Positions 37,042 to 46,256 are shown, counted from the first letter of the stretch. The stretch is 64,000 bases of DNA from Candidatus Uhrbacteria bacterium (GCA_943359345.1 CALRHE010000002.1:705-64704), one strand, 5' to 3'. The notes: generated by a model from the letters alone, not told the origin. Made by a program: numbers and translations.

Positions 37042-38070
37042 TTACTCTTCCCAAGGCACGCCCTCACGGCCAAACATGCCGTAGTTAGCGCAAGCAGCGT
37101 AAAGCGGTCGGCGCAAATTAAACCGCTCCACAATGGCTTCGGGCCGGAAATCGAAACGCTCTTGCACGATCTTTGACAAATCGGTGCCATCGCCGCCTCG
37201 AGCGCATAGTGAAATCGGCTCTTCAAGGCCGACCGTGTAAACCACCGTAATGAGCAAATTAGCAGCTAGCCCATCTTTAACCAGCTCACGGGCAGCAAAA
37301 CGGGCCATGTAGGCCCCCGCGCGTGATGGTTTCAAGGGATCTTTGCCAACCATGGCCACCCCTCCGTGGGGCAATAAACCTCCGTAAGTATCTGATAAAA
37401 TTTTCCGGCCACTCACACCAGCATTCAAAGTAAAGCCGCCAGACGTGAACGGACCTACGGGATTAATAAAAACTTTCACACCTTCAAGATCGCCGAGTAC
37501 TGGCACAACTGCGTGCTCGAGTAATAAACTTTGAACCTGAGTAGTATCCATGTCTTCGGTGTGTGCGGCAATCACCGTGACCGAGACAACTTTGTCTCCC
37601 TGCATAGCCAGCTGTACCTTGCCATCTGGTCGTAACCATGAAAAACGAGTATCGGTATGACGAAGGTCGTCAATTCTGCGAGCCAAACTATTGGCATACA
37701 CCACCGAGCGCGGCATCAGCTCACGTGTCTCTCTGGTGGCGTAACCATAAATTATCGCCGTGCCCGAAGCACCCGTTACGCGCGGTGTGCGTAAACGCTC
37801 TTGGCTAGGCCGCTCTAAATTTACAAACAACTCAATCGGTTCAGTGTATCCCAAACCTGCGTAAGCTTGTTTGGCAATGTCGGAAACATCAAAATCCGCC
37901 CGAGAGTCGACTACCCCGCCCAACATGAGCATGCCGTTTGAACCAAGTGCCTGAATATCCATTTTGGACAGCAAGTCACGACGCAAATACTCATCAACCA
38001 CCGACTCCACCAATAAGTCGCAAACTTTATCCGGATGTCCAGCCAAAGGTGCTTCCACGGCTTTTAACAT
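37042..38070 (-). CDS. metK: S-adenosylmethionine synthetase homolog, active site divergent
   Basis: GHPDK, LRPDGK, INP.G.F..GG, GRKI..DTYGG, GKDP and YG.FGR present; GAGDQG and KVDRS degenerate. Confidence 0.8.
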   Translation of the reverse strand: MLKAVEAPLAGHPDKVCDLLVESVVDEYLRRDLLSKMDIQALGSNGMLMLGGVVDSRADFDVSDIAKQAYAGLGYTEPIELFVNLERPSQERLRTPRVTGASGTAIIYGYATRETRELMPRSVVYANSLARRIDDLRHTDTRFSWLRPDGKVQLAMQGDKVVSVTVIAAHTEDMDTTQVQSLLLEHAVVPVLGDLEGVKVFINPVGPFTSGGFTLNAGVSGRKILSDTYGGLLPHGGVAMVGKDPLKPSRAGAYMARFAARELVKDGLAANLLITVVYTVGLEEPISLCARGGDGTDLSKIVQERFDFRPEAIVERFNLRRPLYAACANYGMFGREGVPWEE

Positions 38071-38114
38071 ATTGGCAGCAGTTTAAGGAGGAATCCCAAA
38101 AGAGTAAAGGAAAT

Positions 38115-38143
38115 TTGACAAAATGGCCAAAAAATGTTACTAT
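38115..38143 (+). promoter_or_regulatory. Sigma70 promoter
   Basis: TTGACA-N17-TACTAT with an extended TG. Confidence 0.7.
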
Positions 38144-38181
38144 TTTCGGTTCCGTGCCACCCCGCACTCCTGGAGGAACAC

Positions 38182-39018
38182 ATGCGTCAATCCCGTTGGC
38201 CGTGGCTGCACGGCGTTGTCATCCTGTTCATGTGCGCACTAATGGGCTGTGATCGGATTCAAGAACCTGATCGACAGACCAAGAATGTAGGCATGTCGGT
38301 GCCTGGTTGCGACTCTGACTGTCAGAACCGCATCCACCTCAGTCGGACCAAGGTCGCTCCGATCGAAGCCAACGAGGTCCGCTACGTCCTCAAGATCGTA
38401 CAGGACGAGTACTCTGCAAACCTCTGGCAAGCCCGTCTGAAGACGTGTCTTGACAAGTGGGAATACTTCGAACGTGCCCAGCGCGTCACCATGTACCCGG
38501 CCGGCCTCTTGGCTGGCAAGGCCTACGTGGAAGGCGCAGGTTGTCGCTTTCTCCGCTCCGGAGATGGTGGCTATGGCCCGATGCAGATCACATCGCCGAC
38601 AGCGCGTCACGTCAAAGACGTGGCCACCATGCTCGGCTTAAAGGCTAGCAACGTGAAGTGGAAAGAGGACTACTGGCACAATGTACTCCTCGGTGCTGTC
38701 ATGTTGTCGGACTTCGAAAATGAATTCGAATCAAGAGGTGTAGGTATCTTCGCCTACAATAGCGGACCAGGCGCGACACGCAAATACATGCGCAAAGCCA
38801 ACATCAAGGACTTCACTGGTCGGACCATCTCCGATTTCCGTGGAGCAATCCCGACTGGTTTCAGCGATGGCGCGCGACCTCGCATCTACCTGGACCGAGT
38901 CCTGGCGGGTGCTGTGCTCGTACAGCGAGCCAAGAACGGTCAGCCCACTACCGGCATCAAGCGCCTCGAACTTCACGACATTCCGGGTGCTGTGCCTGTT
39001 CAGGACAACGTCCAGTAG
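38182..39018 (+). CDS. Lytic transglycosylase (SLT-like) lipoprotein
   Basis: SD GGAGGA before ATG 38182; lipobox LMGC; SLT motifs YVEG, GPMQI, N..LGA..L and AYNSGPG. Confidence 0.7.
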   Translation: MRQSRWPWLHGVVILFMCALMGCDRIQEPDRQTKNVGMSVPGCDSDCQNRIHLSRTKVAPIEANEVRYVLKIVQDEYSANLWQARLKTCLDKWEYFERAQRVTMYPAGLLAGKAYVEGAGCRFLRSGDGGYGPMQITSPTARHVKDVATMLGLKASNVKWKEDYWHNVLLGAVMLSDFENEFESRGVGIFAYNSGPGATRKYMRKANIKDFTGRTISDFRGAIPTGFSDGARPRIYLDRVLAGAVLVQRAKNGQPTTGIKRLELHDIPGAVPVQDNVQ

Positions 39019-39063
39019 GCTGCAAACACCTGATTAGAGAGCTTCTCGCGGCTAGACCGCACG

Positions 39064-39101
39064 AACGCCCTCGGATTCGAAAATCCGGGGCGTTGTTGTT
39101 T
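39064..39101 (+). terminator. Intrinsic terminator
   Basis: AACGCCCTCGGATT-CGAA-AATCCGGGGCGTT followed by a T-rich tail. Confidence 0.75.
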
Positions 39102-39113
39102 GAGGACTAAAAA

Positions 39114-39286
39114 TTGACTTTCTGTCAATCATTTGCTATCCTTCGGGCCTTATTTACACCGTCTCTTGTTGCATCTCCCCCTCATTATCCCTCTTAACTG
39201 AGCAATGGGGAGTCTGGAGTGCCGACGGTCTCGAGCCTCAAGCTGACGTTAGTCATGACTTCTAGGGGTACGAGTCATGAATAATT
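39114..39286 (+). promoter_or_regulatory. Promoter and long structured 5' leader of the DEAD-box helicase
   Basis: TTGACT-N17-TATCCT; stems ACCGTC/GACGGT and TCATGACT/AGTCATGA in a ~140-nt leader. Confidence 0.5.
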
Positions 39287-40756
39287 ATGTCAGAACACAA
39301 ATTGTCCCCCGAAGCTCGTCAGAGCGAAGTGGGATCGGGTTTTACTGGTTTAGGTATTAACCCCTCATTACTTTCGATTCTTCACACTGCTAGTTTCGTT
39401 ACACCCTCACCCATTCAGGCTAAAGCCATCCCGGTGGCTATCGACGGCCAGGATGTGATTGGTATTGCCCAAACCGGTACCGGAAAAACTCTGGCCTTTG
39501 GTATCCCCATGATCCAGCGTCTAGCCATGTTCAAAGGTCGCGGCTTGGTAATTGTGCCTACCCGCGAGCTAGCCCTTCAAGTTGAGGAGTCTTTGCGTAA
39601 AATCGGTACCAAGATCGGCATGCGCACGGCCGTGCTGATTGGAGGCGAAAATATCGAAAAGCAAAAACGTGCACTGCGCACCAACCCTCATTTGATAGTA
39701 GTGACTCCAGGTCGTCTCATTGATCACCTTGAGCAACGCACGGTGAATTTAAGCGACATCAAAATCCTCGTCCTCGACGAAGCCGATCGCATGTTAGACA
39801 TGGGCTTTGCTCCTCAGATCAGTAAAATTTTGTTGTCGGTGCCCAAAGAGCGTCAAACCATGTTGTTCTCAGCCACCATGCCGCAGGATATTGTGAAAAT
39901 CGCTACTCAACACATGAAGATGCCGGTACGGGTTGAAGTAGCTCCCGCCGGTACAGCTGCAGAACGGGTTGAACAGGAAATGTTCATTGTTGAGAAAGCT
40001 AAGAAACGTAGCCTGCTAGCAACTATCCTGGCCGACTTCTCGGGCACGGTACTGGTGTTTACCCGTACCAAACACGGTGCTCGCCAGACTTGTAAGGCGG
40101 TGCAAGACATGGGTCATACAGCCGCTGAAATTCACTCTAACCGCTCACTGGCACAGCGCCGCGCTGCTCTGGATGGTTTCAAAACTGGCAAGTATCGAGT
40201 ACTCGTGGCTACTGATATTGCAGCTCGGGGTATTGACGTAAAGGGTATTGGACTCGTGATCAACATGGATCTGCCGGACAATGCCGAAGACTACGTGCAC
40301 CGCATCGGCCGCACGGGTCGGGCTGGTCATACTGGTCGAGCGATGTCTTTTGCTACGCCAGATCAGCGCGATGAAATTCGAGCTATTGAACGCTTGATCC
40401 GTAATCGTCTAAACATTAGCAAAATGCCGGAGAAGTTGATTGAAGTTGCCGCTCCGCCAGCTCGTGATCGAGGCGAAGAACGTAATGATCGCCGTGGCAG
40501 CCGCCCGGCTCTGAACGCTCGCGGACGTGGCCAGGGTCGTTTTATTGATCGTGGTGTCCGTACCAAGCAAGCCAACCCTCGCCCACCTTTTGTACGTCGC
40601 GAAGACACTTTCAAATCCCCAAGCTCCGCCACGCCAGATATGCCCCGTTCCATCATTAGCGACGACGAGGACGAACCAGCTTATCGCTACGAACCTAAAA
40701 AGCGCAACGCTCGTCCCCAATCTCGCGGCCACCAAAAATCCGGCAACCGCCGCTAA
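39287..40756 (+). CDS. DEAD-box RNA helicase (RhlE/CshA-like)
   Basis: Q motif, AQTGTGKT, PTRELA, TPGR, DEAD, SAT, HRIGRTGR; basic tail. Confidence 0.96.
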   Translation: MSEHKLSPEARQSEVGSGFTGLGINPSLLSILHTASFVTPSPIQAKAIPVAIDGQDVIGIAQTGTGKTLAFGIPMIQRLAMFKGRGLVIVPTRELALQVEESLRKIGTKIGMRTAVLIGGENIEKQKRALRTNPHLIVVTPGRLIDHLEQRTVNLSDIKILVLDEADRMLDMGFAPQISKILLSVPKERQTMLFSATMPQDIVKIATQHMKMPVRVEVAPAGTAAERVEQEMFIVEKAKKRSLLATILADFSGTVLVFTRTKHGARQTCKAVQDMGHTAAEIHSNRSLAQRRAALDGFKTGKYRVLVATDIAARGIDVKGIGLVINMDLPDNAEDYVHRIGRTGRAGHTGRAMSFATPDQRDEIRAIERLIRNRLNISKMPEKLIEVAAPPARDRGEERNDRRGSRPALNARGRGQGRFIDRGVRTKQANPRPPFVRREDTFKSPSSATPDMPRSIISDDEDEPAYRYEPKKRNARPQSRGHQKSGNRR

Positions 40757-40759
40757 AAC

Positions 40760-40798
40760 ACAAAATCACCCTTCGCTTGTCGGAGGGTGATTTTGTTT
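40760..40798. terminator. Bidirectional terminator
   Basis: CAAAATCACCCTT...GAGGGTGATTTTG. Confidence 0.75.
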
Positions 40799-40805
40799 AA
40801 CGTAG

Positions 40806-41108
40806 CTAAGCTAGTTTGAGATGACTCTTCACTCGAACCATGTCGGTTTGAAGCTCGTGAATTTGAGGAAGAATAGCTTGGTCGAGAAATTCGGTAATGG
40901 TATGAATGACGCGCTTTGCAGAGGCCACAATAAGTGCATGAACTTCGTCACGAATATCTCGCTTAAGGTCGATGTTATTCTGCACTAACATGTCTTTAAA
41001 CTCAACCCTTAGCTCCTTCTTGAGCACAGTATTATTTGCCTCAAGGGCAGCTTGAATTGATTTATCCATCATTCTTTGAAGAACGACGAAATCGTTTTGA
41101 TCCAACAT
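40806..41108 (-). CDS. Hypothetical coiled-coil protein
   Basis: 100-aa helical ORF. Confidence 0.55.
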   Translation of the reverse strand: MLDQNDFVVLQRMMDKSIQAALEANNTVLKKELRVEFKDMLVQNNIDLKRDIRDEVHALIVASAKRVIHTITEFLDQAILPQIHELQTDMVRVKSHLKLA

Positions 41109-41244
41109 ATCCTAAACCTCACTGGAAAATTTCAAAAGGATTGGAGGTAATGGATTAACGGTAGCATACGGAAGTTAATCACGATAGCCAAGAAAACTCT
41201 ATCAAAATACAGGGTGCACACGGTTATCCCCAGCATGGATACGT

Positions 41245-41285
41245 GTTCGTTTTCTGTTCGTGTATGATACGAACATAAGGAGAAC
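41245..41285 (+). promoter_or_regulatory. Putative LexA operators flanking the lexA -10 box
   Basis: GTTC-N7-GTTC (41245-41259) and GAAC-N7-GAAC (41271-41285) around TATGAT (41263-41268). Confidence 0.7.
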
Positions 41286-41298
41286 GTAACCAAAGTCT

Positions 41299-41922
41299 AT
41301 GCTTCCTCCACTCACAAAAAAACAACGCCAAGTCCTCGATTGCGTCGAGAACTTCGTGCGCCGCAACGGCTACACGCCGTCGTATCGGGAGATCGCCGAA
41401 AAACTCGGTTTATCATCTCCCGCTACGGTGCATCAGCACATCAAAGCACTGTGCGAGAAAGGCGTTATCAATACCGGGGAACACGGTGTAGCCAGATCTA
41501 TAGAGGTCGTCGAAACCATGCCTATGTCCCCGCTCGCGGTTATGCTGCCACTCTCTGGCCTAATCACGGCTGGTGAACCCATCGAAGCTGTTGAAGAACG
41601 TGAAGCCATGGCTATACCCAGTGACTTTGTCATGGATGCCATGAACTCGTACGTGCTCAAAGTCAAAGGTAGATCAATGATTGAAGACGGCATTTTCGAC
41701 GGCGACTACGTGATCATTGAACGCAACCCCTCACCCAAAAATGGAGATATCGTCGTGGCTCTACTCGACAATGCATACGCTACGCTCAAACGTTTCTATC
41801 GTGAGAAGGGTCACATCCGTCTTCAACCGGCTAACAGCACCATGAAGCCGATCATCGTCAAAGGCGACATCAACATTCAAGGAGTTGTAAGAGCAGTCAT
41901 GCGTAGGTTTTACAATATTTAA
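41299..41922 (+). CDS. lexA: LexA repressor
   Basis: LTKKQ..VL, PSYREI, TAG.P cleavage site, GRSMI (catalytic Ser), ATLKR (catalytic Lys). Confidence 0.96.
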   Translation: MLPPLTKKQRQVLDCVENFVRRNGYTPSYREIAEKLGLSSPATVHQHIKALCEKGVINTGEHGVARSIEVVETMPMSPLAVMLPLSGLITAGEPIEAVEEREAMAIPSDFVMDAMNSYVLKVKGRSMIEDGIFDGDYVIIERNPSPKNGDIVVALLDNAYATLKRFYREKGHIRLQPANSTMKPIIVKGDINIQGVVRAVMRRFYNI

Positions 41923-41932
41923 TCCCCCATTT

Positions 41933-42124
41933 ATGACCACAACCACACTTCGCCACTATCAAGTGGCGCCTGATTACGGCACTCCAATTAAGCCAACGCG
42001 TGAATCCGTACAGCGCGCTGCGCGTATCTGGTTCAATAAACGAAAACTACGCCAACGCACAAGGCAGGTTATGGATTTCATGAGTCTGCCGCAACGAGTG
42101 ACCTTGAAGTATAAGTTACGATAA
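41933..42124 (+). CDS. Small basic protein in the lexA operon
   Basis: 63-aa ORF starting 10 nt after the lexA stop. Confidence 0.5.
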   Translation: MTTTTLRHYQVAPDYGTPIKPTRESVQRAARIWFNKRKLRQRTRQVMDFMSLPQRVTLKYKLR

Positions 42125-42224
42125 ATCTATATACCACTCTGAGGTAACGAAGGGTTAGGTCCCCCAGGCTGAAACGCGGCGGGCTACTAATCCTTCGTCG
42201 ATACTCAGGATGGTCAGAGAGTCT

Positions 42225-42470
42225 ATGCATGAATTCATGAACGACCCCATTGATGTATCTGTCGACTTCACCGGCCGCAGGATAAAACCCAAGCGCGTGC
42301 GTTGGGGTACTAAGGTGTATGACATCGATAAAGTTAATCTTGTACACGGAGCCCGAGAAGGCCAAAAACGTATTTTCTATTTCTCAGTCTCAGACACTGC
42401 CAATTTCATGAAACTTAAACTGGATACGGAAACTTTAGAATGGCGTTTGGTAGAAGTTTACGCGCCATGA
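42225..42470 (+). CDS. Small beta-rich protein (DUF6504-like), likely mutagenesis accessory factor
   Basis: PKRVRWG.KVY.I..V...FYFSV...W.L pattern; located between lexA and dinB. Confidence 0.6.
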   Translation: MHEFMNDPIDVSVDFTGRRIKPKRVRWGTKVYDIDKVNLVHGAREGQKRIFYFSVSDTANFMKLKLDTETLEWRLVEVYAP

Positions 42471-42483
42471 ACGCCAGGCGCCA

Positions 42484-42577
42484 CAGACCCTGAAAGACAG
42501 TGAAGGGTCTAGCAGACTGGAAATGAAGTGTCTCCAATAACAAATTCATGAGACCCTTCGCCTACGCTCAGGGTCTG
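42484..42577. repeat. Inverted REP-like doublet
   Basis: CAGACCCTGAAAGACAGTGAAGGGTCT ... AGACCCTTCGCCTACGCTCAGGGTCTG. Confidence 0.65.
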
Positions 42578-42585
42578 GTTGTGCT

Positions 42586-43857
42586 ATGGCAATAATCCTC
42601 CATCTGGACTTTAATTCATATTTTGCGTCTGTCGAACAACAAGCAAACCCGTTTTTGCGTGGACTTCCGATTGCAGTTGCCGGTAAGGGACGACACTCAA
42701 TCGATGTCGCTGCCGCTCATCAAGGTTCAGCTCGAATTACAATCGACCAACTCTCGTTTCAAAGATCAGTCGTCACCACCGCCTCGCGCGAAGCCAAACG
42801 ACGGGGTGTAAAAACAGCCATGGGAACCTGGCAAGCCCGTAAGATTTGTCCCGAAATGCTGGTCATTCCTGGTGATCCTCAAAAATACGGTGACATCACC
42901 AAACGCTTCATGGCCATTCTCCGGCGCTATGCAGATGTGGTCCAACAATTCAGTACTGACGAAGCCTTTGCTGATATTACTTGTGCTTGCGGTGGCGACT
43001 ATTTGGGGGCCACTATTCTGGCTCAGAGCATTAGAGCTGAGATTGCTTTGGAGTGCGGCGAATACTGTACGGTCTCAATTGGGATCGCAAGTAATAAATT
43101 TTTAGCTAAACTGGCGTCTGAATCTAAAAAACCCAACGGCCTAACCGTCGTACCGCCCCATGAAGCCGAAGACTTTGTGCTCACGCGGCCACTGGCAGAT
43201 TTTTGTGGTATTGGCCACCGTATTGAAAAGCATCTCGAAAGACTAGGGGCTACCTCGGTGGCTACCCTGCGGCAACTACCCCTATCCTTGTTGCTACGCG
43301 AATTTAAAAGCTACGGTTATTTTATTTATAACTCTGCTCGCGGCTTGGGTTCAGATGAACTAGAGCCAAACGAAGATCCAAAATCTATTGGCAACTCCTA
43401 CACCTTTCCCCACAACCTCAAGAACGAACAGGAAATCTATCGTAACTTATTAGCCCTAGCGGATCGGGTGGCTTGGCGTATGCGTAAACAAAATTTTGTG
43501 GCCACGCACATTGCTGGCTACGTACGCTACGGAGATTTTGGAGGCTACGGTTTTCACAGACGCTGCCAAGATCCACTCATAGATGGCTTAGACATAGCCA
43601 ACACGGCCTGGGAAATCATGAAAACACGTATTGACGCGCAAAAAGGCGTGCGGCTGATTGGCGTTTCTGCTAGTGGCTTATTGCCGCTTGGTGGAAGTGA
43701 CTCTCTGTTTGATTCTCAACGACGCAAAACCCGAGCTCTGAAGGCACTGGACCAAGTCACAGATAAATACGGTAGTGGTGTTTGGCAACGAGCCTCAACC
43801 CTGCAAACCAATTTCAAAGAACGGGTGAGCGGTTGGCATTATGACCATGAGAGTTAA
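42586..43857 (+). CDS. dinB: Y-family DNA polymerase IV
   Basis: HLDFNSYFASVE, ASREAK..GV, STDEAF, SIGIA.NKFLAKLAS...KPNG, KSIGNS.TF. Confidence 0.93.
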   Translation: MAIILHLDFNSYFASVEQQANPFLRGLPIAVAGKGRHSIDVAAAHQGSARITIDQLSFQRSVVTTASREAKRRGVKTAMGTWQARKICPEMLVIPGDPQKYGDITKRFMAILRRYADVVQQFSTDEAFADITCACGGDYLGATILAQSIRAEIALECGEYCTVSIGIASNKFLAKLASESKKPNGLTVVPPHEAEDFVLTRPLADFCGIGHRIEKHLERLGATSVATLRQLPLSLLLREFKSYGYFIYNSARGLGSDELEPNEDPKSIGNSYTFPHNLKNEQEIYRNLLALADRVAWRMRKQNFVATHIAGYVRYGDFGGYGFHRRCQDPLIDGLDIANTAWEIMKTRIDAQKGVRLIGVSASGLLPLGGSDSLFDSQRRKTRALKALDQVTDKYGSGVWQRASTLQTNFKERVSGWHYDHES

Positions 43858-45119
43858 CTACCTAACTCTTCTTCGATTTCTAGTAATCGATTGTACTTAC
43901 ACAGGCGTTCCGAACGCGACGGAGCGCCAGACTTGATGTATTCGGCATTTACAGCCACGGCTAGATCGGCAATAGTTGTATCAGTGGTTTCTCCCGACCT
44001 ATGAGAAATAACAATCTTGTAACGATGTTTTTGAGCCAGCAGGATGGTCTCCATAGTTTCTGACAGGGTTCCGATCTGGTTAACTTTGATCAGCACAGCG
44101 TTAGCCACGCCAAGATCAAGACCCTTCTGGACCCGCTCCTTATTGGTCACAAACAAGTCATCACCGATCAGCAAAAGGTCGGAGCCAAGTCGGCGTGTCA
44201 ACGTTTGCCAGTCAGTCCACTCGTCTTCGGACAAGCCGTCCTCGATTGACAACATGGGGTACTTTTTCGTCCACTGCTCATAAAGTGCGATCATTTCAGA
44301 ACCCGAAAGCTTACGACGATCAGTTTTTAGAATGTACTTCCCTGTTCGGGCGTCGAAGAATTCGCTAGCAGCTACATCGATACCAAAACGAATGTCTTTA
44401 CGCGGTTTGTAACCAGCCTTGTTTACCGCCTTCAACAAATATTCAAGCGCTTGCTCGGTACGACCAACATCTGGTGCATAACCGCCCTCATTGCCGACAT
44501 CGGTGTCGAGTCCGTCGGCGCGTAAGACATCGCCGAGAGCGTGAAAGATCTCGCTCCCAGCCTGTAATTGCCTAGAAAAAGTTTTGAAACCGACAGGTAC
44601 GATAATAAACTCCTGCATGTCGAGGTTGGTGTCAGCGTGCCTGCCCCCGTTAAACACGTTCAAGAGCGGCACCGGCAACTTATAACCTTTGTAATTAAGA
44701 TTATAAACGTCGCGCAGATAGGCGTAGAGCGGCATCTTGGCCCGCTTAGCACCGGCGTGCGCGCAAGCTAAAGAGACTCCGAGAATGGCGTTGGCCCCAA
44801 GTTTGCGCTTGTTATCTGTGCCGTCGAGTACACGCATGGTATCGTCGATAGCTTGTAAGCCAAAAACGTCGCGACCTGTGAGTGCTTTGGCGATCGGTCC
44901 GTTCACGTGTTTAACAGCTTTCAAAACACCAAGTCCTCGATAACGGTGTTTATCACCGTCACGCAGCTCGAGCGCTTCATGGCTACCGGTCGAGGCGCCA
45001 GATGGTACAGCGGCTACGCCACGCGTACCGTTTTTTAAGAGCACCGTAACCTGCAGGGTGGGGTTACCTCGGGAATCCAAAATTTCATGAGCATGGATTG
45101 TATCAATCCGTTCCAACAT
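43854..45119 (-). CDS. eno: Enolase
   Basis: EILDSRGNPT, VPSGASTG, LIKVNQIGT, SHRSGET, RSER..KYNRLL. Confidence 0.98.
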   Translation of the reverse strand: MLERIDTIHAHEILDSRGNPTLQVTVLLKNGTRGVAAVPSGASTGSHEALELRDGDKHRYRGLGVLKAVKHVNGPIAKALTGRDVFGLQAIDDTMRVLDGTDNKRKLGANAILGVSLACAHAGAKRAKMPLYAYLRDVYNLNYKGYKLPVPLLNVFNGGRHADTNLDMQEFIIVPVGFKTFSRQLQAGSEIFHALGDVLRADGLDTDVGNEGGYAPDVGRTEQALEYLLKAVNKAGYKPRKDIRFGIDVAASEFFDARTGKYILKTDRRKLSGSEMIALYEQWTKKYPMLSIEDGLSEDEWTDWQTLTRRLGSDLLLIGDDLFVTNKERVQKGLDLGVANAVLIKVNQIGTLSETMETILLAQKHRYKIVISHRSGETTDTTIADLAVAVNAEYIKSGAPSRSERLCKYNRLLEIEEELGS

Positions 45120-45143
45120 AGTGGCTCGAGTATAACATTTTGG

Positions 45144-46256
45144 TTACACTCGACGTAAGGCTTCGAGCCCGGGCAAATGTTCACCGCTCAAAAATGCTAG
45201 CATGGCTCCCCCGCCGGTTGAAACGTGAGTAAAACCTTTAAGCAACTTGTGCTGATCTAAAAACTCAACTGTCTCCCCACCCCCGGTAATCACCTGGGCT
45301 CGGCTCTTGGACATAGCTTTAGCCACCGCCAGCGTACCGGCCATGCCGTCTGATCTTTCAATAATGCCAAGTGGACCGTTCCAAATAATCATTTTAGCCT
45401 TAGCAATCACACCCGTAAAGGCGTCACGAGTTTCAGGGCCAATATCGGCCACCAAGTGTTGCTTAGGTTTGGCGATCAGGTCGCTAGGCAAGACCAGCTT
45501 GTGACCAAATTGACGGAGTAGTTTGCGGGCCACGGTCAGGTCATGTGTTTGCATGAGCGGCAAGGGATAAACGGGTAACTCCACCTCCGCGGCCGCTAAA
45601 AAAGTCACAGCTAATCCGCCCCCAAGTAAAATCTTGTCTGCCTTGGGGCCGAGCTTATTCAGAATACCAAGTTTGGTTTCAAGCTTAGATCCGCCCATAA
45701 TTAATACGAACGGCTTGGTCGTAGCCTGTGTTAGGACTGCCACTTCACGCACGATCAACTCACCGGCAAAGCTCGGCAGGTGCCGGGTAATCGCGTGAAC
45801 TGAGGCATGGCGACGATGACACACACCAAAAGCGTTGTTAACATATACATCCGCTAGCTTAGCAAGTTTCCAGGCGTAGCTGTCACTATTTTTTTCTTCG
45901 CCAGCATCAAAACGCAGATTTTCAAGTAGGCATAACTCACCAGGTTTCAGTTCAGGAGCCTGGAAGTCCCTTACAAGCGGAACCTGACGTTTGAGACGAT
46001 GCTCGAAAACCTTGGCCACGGGAGCCAGCGAAAGCTGTTTATCAAGCTTGCCACCCGGGTCACCAAGATGTGACGCCAGGAGTATACGGGCGCCACGCTT
46101 GCGTAAACGTTCAATCTCCGGCAGCGCTTGTGAAATACGTCCCAACGCGCCTCCGTCCTGGGCCTTACCAGTCTTAATTGGCACATTGGCATCGATACGC
46201 AAAAACACCCGAGTACCGGCTTTGATATCTTTAGATGTCCAAGTACGGAGTTGCAT
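45144..46256 (-). CDS. pgk: Phosphoglycerate kinase
   Basis: RIDANVP, LLENLRF, WNGPLG, STGGGA. Confidence 0.94.
   Translation of the reverse strand: MQLRTWTSKDIKAGTRVFLRIDANVPIKTGKAQDGGALGRISQALPEIERLRKRGARILLASHLGDPGGKLDKQLSLAPVAKVFEHRLKRQVPLVRDFQAPELKPGELCLLENLRFDAGEEKNSDSYAWKLAKLADVYVNNAFGVCHRRHASVHAITRHLPSFAGELIVREVAVLTQATTKPFVLIMGGSKLETKLGILNKLGPKADKILLGGGLAVTFLAAAEVELPVYPLPLMQTHDLTVARKLLRQFGHKLVLPSDLIAKPKQHLVADIGPETRDAFTGVIAKAKMIIWNGPLGIIERSDGMAGTLAVAKAMSKSRAQVITGGGETVEFLDQHKLLKGFTHVSTGGGAMLAFLSGEHLPGLEALRRV

Noticed and set aside
36655-37088. Three 93-98 aa ORFs over the structured region
   Set aside because: No protein-like features, mutually overlapping, and better explained by a GC-rich structured RNA
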